Shown here: positions 25,391 through 39,300 of the stretch, one piece after another
How positions within the stretch are numbered: position 1 is the first letter of the stretch
Layout: each line of letters starts with the position of its first letter
Assembly (NCBI RefSeq): GCF_036365525.1
Contig: NC_090419.1
Span: 13,020,001-13,084,000 of the forward strand
Length of the DNA stretch: 64,000 bases
DNA from: Heterodontus francisci
Taxonomy: Eukaryota
Direction: 5' to 3'
Notes under the pieces: generated by a model
What the model was told of the DNA's origin: nothing
The model's database searches: none
Seen by the model: only the letters and a program-made list of their open reading frames with translations
Translations under genes and position numbers: made by a program

Positions 25391-25590
25391 NNNNNNNNNN
25401 NNNNNNNNNNNNNNNNNNNNNNNNNNNNNNNNNNNNNNNNNNNNNNNNNNNNNNNNNNNNNNNNNNNNNNNNNNNNNNNNNNNNNNNNNNNNNNNNNNNN
25501 NNNNNNNNNNNNNNNNNNNNNNNNNNNNNNNNNNNNNNNNNNNNNNNNNNNNNNNNNNNNNNNNNNNNNNNNNNNNNNNNNNNNNNNNNN
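25391..25590. other. Assembly gap, probably containing the missing PORCN exon(s)
   Basis: 200 N. The exon equivalent to human SCRWLQKVARSL...GDRLLR is not seen in the flanks. Confidence 0.9.
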
Positions 25591-25835
25591 TGTGAGTCAG
25601 TGCCTGTTTTCGGGATTGTTAAGGGGAGCTGTTTGACATGGGTAATGTCCTCTTGGCCACTTTCTGTGTGGCGCCGTACCGTGCCCCCGGCAAGTTGCTT
25701 GTGCGCGGGAAGGGCAGTGCCGCCCATTTTAGCGGGCACGACAAGCCTCTGCCCTCCCCCCACCGAGCTCGGCTCCGATTGTGCGGGTGTAGTTTGGGCC
25801 TTGCCCAATGACGTCTTGCCCCTCTTTGCCCACAG

Positions 25836-25961
25836 GTGGTTGCGGGCTTACGAGAGCGCCCTCTCCTTTCACTTCAGCAACTACTTTGTGGGCTTCCTGT
25901 CGGAGACCACCGCCACGCTGGCAGGAGGGGGATTCACCGAGCAGAAGGACAATATGAAATG
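25836..25961 (+). CDS. PORCN: PORCN exon (126 nt)
   Basis: [42 protein letters not shown]. Confidence 0.95.
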
Positions 25962-26064
25962 GTAGGTACGCCTCGCAGCGGAGGAAGTGGGGGCAGATTC
26001 TGCCCCTGCTCGCTCTTGTCCGTGGCTGTGACGGGCCGCGCCATCGCCTCTGGGGCGGACGCCC

Positions 26065-26660
26065 ATGGCTCCAAGTCCCATTCTAGAGACTCGAACACAC
26101 AAATCAAGCTGGCGTTGCCCAGGGTGGAGCTGAGGGAGCGCCGCACTGTCGGAGGGTCAGTACTGAGGGAGCGCCGCACTGTCGGAGGGTCAGTACTGAG
26201 GGAGCGCCGCACTGTCGGAGGGTCAGTCCTGAGGGAGCGCCGCACTGTCGGAGGAGCAGTCCTGAGGGAGCGCCGCACTGTCGGAGGAGCAGTCCTGAGG
26301 GAGCGCCGCACAGTCGGAGGGTCAGTACTGAGGGAGGGCCGCACTGTCGGAGGGTCAGTACTGAGGGAGCGCCGCACTGTCGGGAGGGTCAGTACTGAGG
26401 GAGGGCCGCACTGTCGGACGGTCAGTACTGAGGGAGGGCCGCACTGTCGCAGGGTCAGTACTGAGGGAGCGCCGCACTGTCGGAGGGTCAGTACTGAGGG
26501 AGCGCCGCACTGTCGGGATGGTCAGTACTGAGGGAGCGCCGCACTGTCGGGAGGGTCAGTACTGAGGGAGCGCCGCACTGTCGGGAGGGTCAGTACTGAG
26601 AGAGACTGGGTGGTGTTGGAGGTGCTGCCGGAGAAGACAAGGCCGTGTTATAGATGCAAG
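26065..26660 (+). repeat. Deu-domain (SacSINE1-like) SINE remnant with an internal 33-bp minisatellite (GTCAGTACTGAGGGAGCGCCGCACTGTCGGAGG)
   Basis: SINE-head-like CAAGTCCCATTCTAGAGACTCGAACAC precedes ~14 tandem 33-bp units. Confidence 0.8.
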
Positions 26661-26714
26661 CCCTTACAGACGTGCTCCCTCACACAGCCGCTGACCCTTG
26701 CTCTCTGTTTTTAG

Positions 26715-26815
26715 GGATCTTGTGGTGTCGCGGCCCTGGAATGTGGAGCTGCCTCGATCGATGGTGGAAGTCGTGAGCAGCTGGAATGTCCCGATGTCAC
26801 GCTGGCTGAATTCCT
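26715..26815 (+). CDS. PORCN: PORCN exon (101 nt)
   Basis: [33 protein letters not shown](Y). Confidence 0.95.
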
Positions 26816-27280
26816 GTACGTAACACTCAACCCAGTCCCCCACGCCGTCCCTCCCTGTTATCCTACCCCCCCCGCCCCCACCGATTCTGCACACTTGACT
26901 GCTCCCTGTGCTCGCGAGTTCCACCTTCTCCCCACTCCCCAAGGAAAGAAGTTTCTCGTGAATTCCCGATCGGATTCGCCTTAGATTGATGGCACCCCTT
27001 CCCCCCACCCCCCCCCCCCCCCAGTTCTGGTCTCCTGCCACACGTTCATTCACAGATTACTAACAGATGATGATCCGTCCGTTTGGAAACCCGCCTGCAA
27101 CGAGCTCCCCGCGATTCGCGAGCGGATTAAGAGTCACTGAATTAACATCGGGACAGGGAGTGAAGGTGGGGACGACGATTTAAAAGGTCATTCCCAGCCG
27201 CGGTGTTAATTAAAAGGTAACCAATTCTGTTTGCTAACGGCCTTTTTTTTTTTCTTCTTTGCCCCCCCCCTTTCCCCCAG

Positions 27281-27357
27281 ATGTGTTTCAAAGCGCCCTA
27301 ACCTTGGGGACGTTCCCGGCTGTTCTGGTCACATACACCGCCAGTGCATTGCTGCAC
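27281..27357 (+). CDS. PORCN: PORCN exon (77 nt) ending in the catalytic MBOAT His
   Basis: VFQSALTLGTFPAVLVTYTASALLH. Confidence 0.95.
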
Positions 27358-27663
27358 GTGAGTATTGAACCCTTTCGCCTGGGGACAGCGGGTTAAGGGG
27401 TTTCCTGGGACAGTGGAACGTGACTAAGCAATGGCTCCCATTTGGCCGCAGCGCAGTCAGTGCAAGTGGCGCACAGTGTAATGCTCAAGCCTCGTATTTG
27501 CGAACAGACGGAGGGGCGTTCAGCGCTCAGTGCGTGGGATTCCGTCCTTTAAGCTTCCCAGTTGTTCCCTGCTCTCCTGTCTCCACTCCCCCCCCGCCCC
27601 TGCCTCCGGCCACAACTGATGTTGCCCTAGTGGAATTCACTGACTCGTGTCGTTTTCTCTTAG

Positions 27664-27727
27664 GGTCTCAGCTTCCACCTTGGCGCTGTCCTCATCTCAC
27701 TGGGATTTATCACCTACGTGGAGCACG
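27664..27727 (+). CDS. PORCN: PORCN exon (64 nt)
   Basis: GLSFHLGAVLISLGFITYVEH. Confidence 0.95.
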
Positions 27728-27864
27728 GTAAGAACCCAATTCCCATCGCCGTGCCTTCAGCTGCCTGGGGCCCTAAGCTGTGGAATTCCCTCCCTAAACT
27801 TCTCCGCCCCTCTCTCTCTCTCTCTCCCCTCCTTTAAGACGCTCCTTAAAACTGACCTCTTCGA

Positions 27865-28250
27865 CATCCGGGTGAAGAAATTTCTCCCCGTCTCGGGTCT
27901 GAAACGGCCGAGCCCTCACCCCGGGACTGCGAGCCCGGTGTTCTCAACTCTCCAGCCTCTCGGCATCGACCCAGTCAAAACCCCTTTCGAACGTTTCAGT
28001 GAGATCACCGCTCATACTTCTCAACTCCAGGGAACGTAGACCTCATCTACTCGACCTTTCCTCGTAGGACAATCCAGTCACCCCAGGAACCAGTCTAGTG
28101 AACCTTCACTGCACTCCCTGTAGGGAAAGTATATCCTTCCTCAGATAAGGAGACCAAAACTGCCCACAGTACTCCAGGTGTGGTCTCACCACTGCCCTGT
28201 ATGCTTGCAGCAAGACTTCCTTACTCCTGTACTTCACTCCCCTTGTAACA
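27865..28250 (-). mobile_element. CR1 LINE 3' fragment
   Basis: AVVRPHLEYCGQFWSPYLRKDIL. Confidence 0.8.
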
Positions 28251-28336
28251 AACTCCATCTCCTTATACGGCGCGATGTTAAGCTTCATTTCTGGCAGCAC
28301 TGATTGTCGCTATTTAAATGCACGTTTTTGTTTCAG

Positions 28337-28422
28337 TGCTCAGGAAGAGGTTGGCTGCTATATTCAGTGCCTGTATTCTCGCCAGGAGATGTTCAGGGTC
28401 CTGTTCACACTACAATAAATCG
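28337..28422 (+). CDS. PORCN: PORCN exon (86 nt)
   Basis: VLRKRLAAIFSACILARRCSGSCSHYNKS. Confidence 0.95.
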
Positions 28423-28745
28423 GTGAGTGACGTAACCGAGCCCTCCTCCAAATCCGGGCTAAACTCAGTGGTGAGAGTCTGCGTGCGCAGGACCCGTCAC
28501 CCCGCCCAGTGAGAGTCGGCGTGCGCGGGACCCTCCCCCCCCCCCCCAGTGAGAGTCAGCGTGAGTGTTGAGAGTATGTTTAGAATATGTGTTTTTACAG
28601 CTGGGAAGCGGGATTGAAATAACTTCTAAGATTGTGCAGACCTGTGGGACTGGGAATATGCTAGCTGATCCCTTAAACTCTAAAAGTTATCCCTTCTCTC
28701 TCTCTCTCTCTCTCTCTCTTCCCAACTCACCCCGCCCCCCAACAG

Positions 28746-28856
28746 AATCTCATGGTCCGTCTGACGAACCTCCTCTTTGGATTGCTCAGCATCTTCTACC
28801 TCACCTACCTGGGATCGTTTTTTGATATCGATGTGGAGGAAGAGGTGGAGGAGGAG
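28746..28856 (+). CDS. PORCN: PORCN exon (111 nt)
   Basis: NLMVRLTNLLFGLLSIFYLTYLGSFFDIDVEEEVEEE. Confidence 0.95.
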
Positions 28857-29289
28857 GTAATATTCGGAACAGCGGAGAGGGAGGGGACCCCGCTGCGCTG
28901 CGCGCGGGGGGGGCCTTTCGGTCAGAGGTTGACGCCGCGCGCTGCGCTCGGCTCGAGGAGTCGGCTGCGGGCTCCCGCGGAGGCCTTGGCCGGGGATAAT
29001 CTCGCTTGGGTCGGAATCGCTGGCTGGCGCCGAGGGGGGGGGCTCGACCGCTGAGATTCCTGCGGCCCACTCGCCCCAGCCCCAGGTCGAGGAGGAGGCC
29101 CGGCGGGGTGGTGGGTGGGTGTGCGGGCTGCCGAGGTAAACCGGATAAAAGGCTGCTGCTGCCATTGGCCTGCAAAAAAAGGAGCGTCGGGCGGGACCTG
29201 GCCGTGGCGCCCCACCCAGTCGAATAGCTGGCTGCCAGCTAACCCCAACCCCGCCAGACGACTGACTTTTCTGCCTTTTGCCTCCGCAG

Positions 29290-29388
29290 GGATACGGAAT
29301 GTCCTTCATCCAGAAGTGGCAGGAGCTGGGCTGGGCCGGTCACTGGGTGACCTGCGGCCTCTGGGTCTTCTACCGGCTGCTGGGCTGA
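29290..29388 (+). CDS. PORCN: PORCN last coding exon
   Basis: [32 protein letters not shown]. Confidence 0.95.
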   Translation, partial: GYGMSFIQKWQELGWAGHWVTCGLWVFYRLLG

Positions 29389-29709
29389 ATCCCCAGGGCC
29401 CACCCAACACCCCACACCGAGCCCGGCGACCGGACGACATCACACCGCGAGGGTTGGTGGGGTGGGGGGGCTGCCTTCACTCTGACTCTGGGGCCTCCCC
29501 CTTCCGGATCCTGTACGGTCCTTTCTCAAAGAAAACCGGGACTTGCTTCCTGCCGCGATGGCTCCTTTGTCCCCCCCCTCCTGGAACAGAACCCCCCCCC
29601 GGTTAATTTTTGTTATCGGGAATTTCTGTATCTGTGGTGACTTTTCCCTCTCCCAGCCTTTCCCCGTGCTCTCTCTCTACCACTGTTACACACCTTCCAC
29701 CCCAGTCGT

Positions 29710-30012
29710 ACGGATACACAAACAGGAGCTGGAGGAGGCCATTCGGCCCCTCGGGCCTGCTCCGCCATTCAGTAAGATCATGGCTGATCCTCTACCTCAA
29801 CTCCTCCCTTTCCTGCCCCCCTCCCCGTGCCCCTCGATTCCAACAATCTTATCGATCTCGGTCGTGAATATACTCAACGACGGATCATCCACAGCTCTCT
29901 GGAGGGGGGTGGGTAGAGAATTCCAAAGATTCATGACCCTCCGAGTGAAGAAATTTCTCGCCGTCTGAGACTGTGACCCCCCCCCCCCCCGTGTTCGAGA
30001 CTCTCCAGTGGG
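29710..30012 (-). mobile_element. CR1 3'-end fragment downstream of the PORCN stop
   Basis: Reverse strand RNFFTRRVMNLWNSLP, plus a CR1 tail (GGAGGCCATTCGGCCCCTCG...). Confidence 0.8.
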
Positions 30013-30329
30013 CTCTCTGACCTTCTCGCTGTTCCCTCCCTTCACAGTATTCCCGGTCGCACTGGCAGTTGCCTGTACGTAAGACTTTCTTCCTGAGAAA
30101 TTTGGATGAGTTCCATTTCCCCACCGGAAACACTCCTGATCAGATAACCTGTTTGTACTGTCAATTCTGAGCCGCCAAAAGTGGCCAGTGTATTTATACT
30201 GGAATGTAGCAGAACCATTTCGATACCTCCTCGTCTCTCTGTTTCTTGTGAGGTGGGGGGAGGCAGAGGGAAAATGCTTTGAGTACACCCTCCGTGTCGC
30301 TTTCTCGGATTGCAACCTGACCAGTCCCT

Positions 30330-33300
30330 CACCCGTGTCCCATCACCGTGTTGGGGAATCGCAGACACAGACCCACGTCACATCACCGTGTGGGGGAATC
30401 ACAGACACAGACCCACATCCATCACCGTGTGGGGGAATCACAGACACAGACCCACGTCACATCACCGTGTGGGGGAATCACAGACACAGACCCACATCCA
30501 TCACCGTGTGGGGGGAATCACAGACACAGACCCACGTCCCATCACCGTGTGGGGGGAATCACAGACACAGACCCACGTCCATCACCGTGTGGGGGAATCA
30601 CAGACACAGACCCACATCCATCACCGTGTGGGGGAATCACAGACACTGACCCACATCCGTCACCGTGTGGGGGAATCACAGACACAGACCCACATCCATC
30701 ACCGTGTGGGGGAATCACAGACACAGACCCACATCCGTCACCGTGTGGGGGAATCACAGACACAGACCCACATCCATCACCGTGTGGGGGAATCACAGAC
30801 ACAGGACCCACATCCATCACCGTGTGGGGGAATCACAGACACAGACCCACGTCCATCACCGTGTGGGGGAATCACAGACACAGACCCACGTCCATCACCG
30901 TGTGGGGGAATCACAGACACAGACCCACGTCCATCACCGTGTGGGGGAATCACAGACACAGACCCACGTCCATCACCGTGTGGGGGGAATCACAGACACA
31001 GACCCACGTCCATCACCGTGTGGGGGAATCACAGACACAGACCCACGTCCATCACCGTGTGGGGGAATCACAGACACAGACCCACGTCCCATCACCATGC
31101 GGGGGAATCACAGACACTGACCCACGTCCCATCACCATGCGGGGGAATCACAGACACTGACCCACATCCATCACCGTGTGGGGGGAATCACAGACACAGA
31201 CCCACGTCCATCACCGTGTGGGGGAATCACAGACACAGACCCACATCCATCACCGTGTGGGGGAATCACAGACACTGACCCACATCCGTCACCGTGTGGG
31301 GGAATCACAGACACAGACCCACATCCGTCACCGTGTGGGGGAATCACAGACACAGACCCACATCCGTCACCGTGTGGGGGAATCGCAGACACTGACCCCA
31401 CGTCCCATCACCGTGTGGGGGAATCGCAGACACTGACCCACGTCCCATCACCGTGTGGGGGAATCGCAGACACTGACCCACGTCCCATCACCGTGTGGGG
31501 GAATTACAGACACAGACCCACGTCACATCACCGTGTGGGGGAATCACAGACACAGACCCACGTCACATCACCGTGTGGGGGAATCGCAGACACTGACCCG
31601 CATCCATCACCGTGTGGGGGAATCACAGACACAGACCCACGTCACATCACCGTGTGGGGGAATCGCAGACACAGACCCACGTCCCATCACCGTGTGGGGG
31701 AATCACAGACACTGACCCACATCCATCACCGTGTGGGGGAATCGCAGACACTGACCCACGTCCCATCACCGTGTGGGGGAATCGCAGACACTGACCCACG
31801 TCCCATCACCGTGTGGGGGAATCACAGACACAGACCCACGTCACATCACCGTGTGGGGGAATCACAGACACAGACCCACGTCACATCACCGTGTGGGGGA
31901 ATCGCAGACACAGACCCGCATCCATCACCGTGTGGGGGAATCACAGACACAGACCCACATCCATCACCGTGTGGGGGAATCACAGACACAGACCCGCATC
32001 CATCACCGTGGTGGGGGAATCACAGACACAGACCCACATCCATCACCGTGTGGGGGAATCACAGACACAGACCCACATCCATCACTGTGTGGGGGAATCA
32101 CAGACACTGACCCACATCCATCACCGTGTGGGGGAATCACAGACACTGACCCGCTTCCCATCACCGTGTGGGTTAATCACAGACACAGACCCCGCGTCCC
32201 GTCACCGTGTGGGGGAAATCACAGACACAGACCCGCGTCCCATCACCATGTGGGGAATCACAGACACAGACCCGCGTCCCATCACCATGTGGGGAATCAC
32301 AGACGCAGACCCACGTCCATCACTGTGTGGGGGAATCACAGACACTGACCCACATCCATCACCGTGTGGGGGAATCACAGACACTGACCCGCTTCCCATC
32401 ACCGTGTGGGTTAATCACAGACACAGACCCGCGTCCCGTCACCGTGTGGGGGAAATCACAGACACAGACCCGCGTCCCATCACCATGTGGGGAATCACAG
32501 ACACAGACCCGCGTCCCATCACCATGTGGGGAATCACAGACGCAGACCCGCTTCCCATCACCATGTGGGTGAATCACAGACCCGCTTCCTATCACCGTGT
32601 GGGGGAATCACAGACACAGACCCGCTTCCCGTCACCGTGTGGGGAATCACAGACGCAGACTCGCGTCCCGTCACCGTGTGGGGGAATCACAGACACAGAC
32701 CCGTGTCCCATCACCGTCTGGGGAATCACAGACACAGACCCGCTTCCCGTCACCGTGTGGGGAATCACAGACGCAGACTCGCGTCCCGTCACCGTGTGGG
32801 GGAATCACAGACACTGACCCACATCCATCACCATGCTGGTTAATCACAGACACTGACCCACGTCCCATCACCGTGTGGGGGAATCACAGACACAGACCCA
32901 CGTCCCATCACCGTGTGGGGGAATCACAGACACAGACCCACGTCCCATCACCGTGTGGGGGAATCACAGACACAGACCCACGTCCCATCACCGTGTGGGG
33001 GAATCACAGACACAGACCCACGTCCCATCACCGTGTGGGGGAATCACAGACACAGACCCACGTCCCATCACCGTGTGGGGGGAATCACAGACACAGACCC
33101 ACATCCATCACCGTGTGGGGGAATCACAGACACAGACCCACATCCGTCACCGTGTGGGGGAATCACAGACACAGACCCACATCCGTCACCGTGTGGGGGA
33201 ATCACAGACACAGACCCACATCCATCACCGTGTGGGGGAATCACAGACACAGACCCACATCCATCACCGTGTGGGGGAATCACAGACACTGACCCACGTC

Positions 33301-36300
33301 CCATCACCGTGTGGGGGAATCACAGACACAGACCCACATCCGTCACCGTGTGGGGGAATCACAGACACTGACCCACATCCATCACCGTGTGGGGGAATCA
33401 CAGACACAGACCCACATCCGTCACCGTGTGGGAGAATCACAGACACTGACCCACGTCCCATCACCGTGTGGGGGAATCACAGACACAGACCTGCATCTCA
33501 TCACCGTGTGGGGGAATCACAGACACTGACCCACGTCCATCACCGTGTGGGGGAATCACAGACACAGACCCACATCCATCACCGTGTGGGGGAATCACAG
33601 ACACAGACCCACATCCGTCACCGTGTGGGAGAATCACAGACACTGACCCACGTCCCATCACCGTGTGGGGGAATCACAGACACAGACCTGCATCTCATCA
33701 CCGTGTGGGGGAATCACAGACACTGACCCACGTCCATCACCGTGTGGGGGAATCACAGACACAGACCCACATCCATCACCGTGTGGGGGAATCACAGACA
33801 CAGACCCACATCCGTCACCGTGTGGGGGAATCACAGACACAGACCCACATCCATCACCGTGTGGGGGAATCACAGACACTGACCCACGTCCATCACCGTG
33901 TGGGGGAATCACAGACACAGACCCGCATCCCATCACCGTGTGAGGGAATCACAGACACAGACCCACGTCCATCACCATGCGGGGGAATCACAGACACAGA
34001 CCCACGTCCATCACCATGTGGGGGAATCACAGACACTGACCCACGTCCCATCACCGTGTGGGGGAATCGCAGACGCAGACCCGCGTCCCATCACCGTGTG
34101 GGGGAATCACAGACACAGACCCACATCCATCACCGTGTGGGGGAATCACAGACACAGACCCACATCCGTCACCGTGTGGGGGAATCACAGACACAGACCC
34201 ACATCCGTCACCGTGTGGGGGAATCGCAGACACTGACCCACGTCCCATCACCGTGTGGGGGAATCGCAGACACTGACCCACGTCCCATCACCGTGTGGGG
34301 GAATCGCAGACACTGACCCACGTCCCATCACCGTGTGGGGGAATCACAGACACAGACCCACGTCACATCACCGTGTGGGGGAATCACAGACACAGACCCA
34401 CGTCACATCACCGTGTGGGGGAATCGCAGACACTGACCCGCATCCATCACCGTGTGGGGGAATCACAGACACAGACCCACGTCACATCACCGTGTGGGGG
34501 AATCGCAGACACAGACCCACGTCCCATCACCGTGTGGGGGAATCACAGACACTGACCCACATCCATCACCGTGTGGGGGAATCGCAGACACTGACCCACG
34601 TCCCATCACCGTGTGGGGGAATCGCAGACACTGACCCACGTCCCATCACCGTGTGGGGGAATCACAGACACAGACCCACGTCACATCACCGTGTGGGGGA
34701 ATCACAGACACAGACCCACGTCACATCACCGTGTGGGGGAATCGCAGACACAGACCCGCATCCATCACCGTGTGGGGGAATCACAGACACAGACCCACAT
34801 CCATCACCGTGTGGGGGAATCACAGACACAGACCCGCATCCATCACCGTGTGGGGGAATCACAGACACAGACCCACATCCATCACCGTGTGGGGGAATCA
34901 CAGACACAGACCCACATCCATCACTGTGTGGGGGAATCACAGACACTGACCCGCTTCCCATCACCGTGTGGGTTAATCACAGACACAGACCCGCGTCCCG
35001 TCACCGTGTGGGGGAAATCACAGACACAGACCCGCGTCCCATCACCATGTGGGGAATCACAGACACAGACCCGCGTCCCATCACCATGTGGGGAATCACA
35101 GACGCAGACCCACGTCCATCACTGTGTGGGGGAATCACAGACACTGACCCACATCCATCACCGTGTGGGGGAATCACAGACACTGACCCGCTTCCCATCA
35201 CCGTGTGGGTTAATCACAGACACAGACCCGCGTCCCGTCACCGTGTGGGGGAAATCACAGACACAGACCCGCGTCCCATCACCATGTGGGGAATCACAGA
35301 CACAGACCCGCGTCCCATCACCATGTGGGGAATCACAGACGCAGACCCGCTTCCCATCACCATGTGGGTGAATCACAGACCCGCTTCCTATCACCGTGTG
35401 GGGGAATCACAGACACAGACCCGCTTCCCGTCACCGTGTGGGGAATCACAGACGCAGACTCGCGTCCTGTCACCGTGTGGGGGAATCACAGACACAGACC
35501 CGTGTCCCATCACCGTCTGGGGAATCACAGACACAGACCCGCTTCCCGTCACCGTGTGGGGAATCACAGACGCAGACTCGCGTCCCGTCACCGTGTGGGG
35601 GAATCACAGACACAGACCCGTGTCCCATCACCGTCTGGGGAATCACAGACACAGACCCGCGTCCCGTCACCATGTGGGGGAATCACAGACACTGACCCAC
35701 ATCCATCACCATGCTGGGGAATCACAGACACTGACCCACGTCCCATCACTGTGTGGGGGAATCACAGACACAGACCCACGTCCCATCACCGTGTGGGGGA
35801 ATCACAGACACAGACCCACGTCCATCACCGTGTGGGGGAATCACAGACACAGACCCACGTCCCATCACCGTGTGGGGGAATCACAGACACAGACCCACGT
35901 CCCATCACCGTGTGGGGGAATCACAGACACAGACCCACGTCCCATCACCGTGTGGGGGAATCACAGACACAGACCCACGTCCCATCACCGTGTGGGGGAA
36001 TCACAGACACAGACCCACGTCCCATCACCGTGTGGGGGGAATCACAGACACAGACCCACATCCATCACCGTGTGGGGGAATCACAGACACTGACCCGCTT
36101 CCCATCACCGTGTGGGTTAATCACAGACACAGACCCGCGTCCCGTCACCGTGTGGGGGAAATCACAGACACAGACCCGCGTCCCATCACCATGTGGGGAA
36201 TCACAGACACAGACCCGCGTCCCATCACCATGTGGGGAATCACAGACGCAGACCCACGTCCATCACTGTGTGGGGGAATCACAGACACTGACCCACATCC

Positions 36301-39300
36301 ATCACCGTGTGGGGGAATCACAGACACTGACCCGCTTCCCATCACCGTGTGGGTTAATCACAGACACAGACCCGCGTCCCGTCACCGTGTGGGGGAAATC
36401 ACAGACACAGACCCGCGTCCCATCACCATGTGGGGAATCACAGACACAGACCCGCGTCCCATCACCATGTGGGGAATCACAGACGCAGACCCGCTTCCCA
36501 TCACCATGTGGGTGAATCACAGACCCGCTTCCTATCACCGTGTGGGGGAATCACAGACACAGACCCGCTTCCCGTCACCGTGTGGGGAATCACAGACGCA
36601 GACTCGCGTCCCGTCACCGTGTGGGGGAATCACAGACACAGACCCGTGTCCCATCACCGTCTGGGGAATCACAGACACAGACCCGCTTCCCGTCACCGTG
36701 TGGGGAATCACAGACGCAGACTCGCGTCCCGTCACCGTGTGGGGGAATCACAGACACTGACCCACATCCATCACCATGCTGGGGAATCACAGACACTGAC
36801 CCACGTCCCATCACCGTGTGGGGGAATCACAGACACAGACCCACGTCCCATCACCGTGTGGGGGAATCACAGACACAGACCCACGTCCCATCACCGTGTG
36901 GGGGAATCACAGACACAGACCCACGTCCCATCACCGTGTGGGGGAATCACAGACACAGACCCACGTCCCATCACCGTGTGGGGGAATCACAGACACAGAC
37001 CCACGTCCCATCACCGTGTGGGGGGAATCACAGACACAGACCCACATCCATCACCGTGTGGGGGAATCACAGACACAGACCCACATCCGTCACCGTGTGG
37101 GGGAATCACAGACACAGACCCACATCCGTCACCGTGTGGGGGAATCACAGACACAGACCCACATCCATCACCGTGTGGGGGAATCACAGACACAGACCCA
37201 CATCCATCACCGTGTGGGGGAATCACAGACACTGACCCACGTCCCATCACCGTGTGGGGGAATCACAGACACAGACCCACATCCGTCACCGTGTGGGGGA
37301 ATCACAGACACTGACCCACATCCATCACCGTGTGGGGGAATCACAGACACAGACCCACATCCGTCACCGTGTGGGAGAATCACAGACACTGACCCACGTC
37401 CCATCACCGTGTGGGGGAATCACAGACACAGACCTGCATCTCATCACCGTGTGGGGGAATCACAGACACTGACCCACGTCCATCACCGTGTGGGGGAATC
37501 ACAGACACAGACCCACATCCATCACCGTGTGGGGGAATCACAGACACAGACCCACATCCGTCACCGTGTGGGAGAATCACAGACACTGACCCACGTCCCA
37601 TCACCGTGTGGGGGAATCACAGACACAGACCTGCATCTCATCACCGTGTGGGGGAATCACAGACACTGACCCACGTCCATCACCGTGTGGGGGAATCACA
37701 GACACAGACCCACATCCATCACCGTGTGGGGGAATCACAGACACAGACCCACATCCGTCACCGTGTGGGGGAATCACAGACACAGACCCACATCCATCAC
37801 CGTGTGGGGGAATCACAGACACTGACCCACGTCCATCACCGTGTGGGGGAATCACAGACACAGACCCGCATCCCATCACCGTGTGAGGGAATCACAGACA
37901 CAGACCCACGTCCATCACCATGCGGGGGAATCACAGACACAGACCCACGTCCATCACCATGTGGGGGAATCACAGACACTGACCCACGTCCCATCACCGT
38001 GTGGGGGAATCGCAGACGCAGACCCGCGTCCCATCACCGTGTGGGGGAATCACAGACACAGACCCACATCCATCACCGTGTGGGGGAATCACAGACACAG
38101 ACCCACATCCGTCACCGTGTGGGGGAATCACAGACACAGACCCACATCCGTCACCGTGTGGGGGAATCGCAGACACTGACCCACGTCCCATCACCGTGTG
38201 GGGGAATCGCAGACACTGACCCACGTCCCATCACCGTGTGGGGGAATCGCAGACACTGACCCACGTCCCATCACCGTGTGGGGGAATCACAGACACAGAC
38301 CCACGTCACATCACCGTGTGGGGGAATCACAGACACAGACCCACGTCACATCACCGTGTGGGGGAATCGCAGACACTGACCCGCATCCATCACCGTGTGG
38401 GGGAATCACAGACACAGACCCACGTCACATCACCGTGTGGGGGAATCGCAGACACAGACCCACGTCCCATCACCGTGTGGGGGAAATCACAGACACAGAC
38501 CCGCGTCCCATCACCATGTGGGGAATCACAGACACAGACCCGCGTCCCATCACCATGTGGGGAATCACAGACGCAGACCCGCTTCCCATCACCATGTGGG
38601 TGAATCACAGACCCGCTTCCTATCACCGTGTGGGGGAATCACAGACACAGACCCGCTTCCCGTCACCGTGTGGGGAATCACAGACGCAGACTCGCGTCCT
38701 GTCACCGTGTGGGGGAATCACAGACACAGACCCGTGTCCCATCACCGTCTGGGGAATCACAGACACAGACCCGCTTCCCGTCACCGTGTGGGGAATCACA
38801 GACGCAGACTCGCGTCCCGTCACCGTGTGGGGGAATCACAGACACAGACCCGTGTCCCATCACCGTCTGGGGAATCACAGACACAGACCCGCGTCCCGTC
38901 ACCATGTGGGGGAATCACAGACACTGACCCACATCCATCACCATGCTGGGGAATCACAGACACTGACCCACGTCCCATCACTGTGTGGGGGAATCACAGA
39001 CACAGACCCACGTCCCATCACCGTGTGGGGGAATCACAGACACAGACCCACGTCCATCACCGTGTGGGGGAATCACAGACACAGACCCACGTCCCATCAC
39101 CGTGTGGGGGAATCACAGACACAGACCCACGTCCCATCACCGTGTGGGGGAATCACAGACACAGACCCACGTCCCATCACCGTGTGGGGGAATCACAGAC
39201 ACAGACCCACGTCCCATCACCGTGTGGGGGAATCACAGACACAGACCCACGTCCCATCACCGTGTGGGGGGAATCACAGACACAGACCCACATCCATCAC

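Noticed and set aside
21837-29388. PORCN as a pseudogene
   Set aside because: The lesions are 1-bp homopolymer losses near a gap, while splice sites and conserved residues are intact. Assembly error is more likely, so it is kept as a finding to verify.
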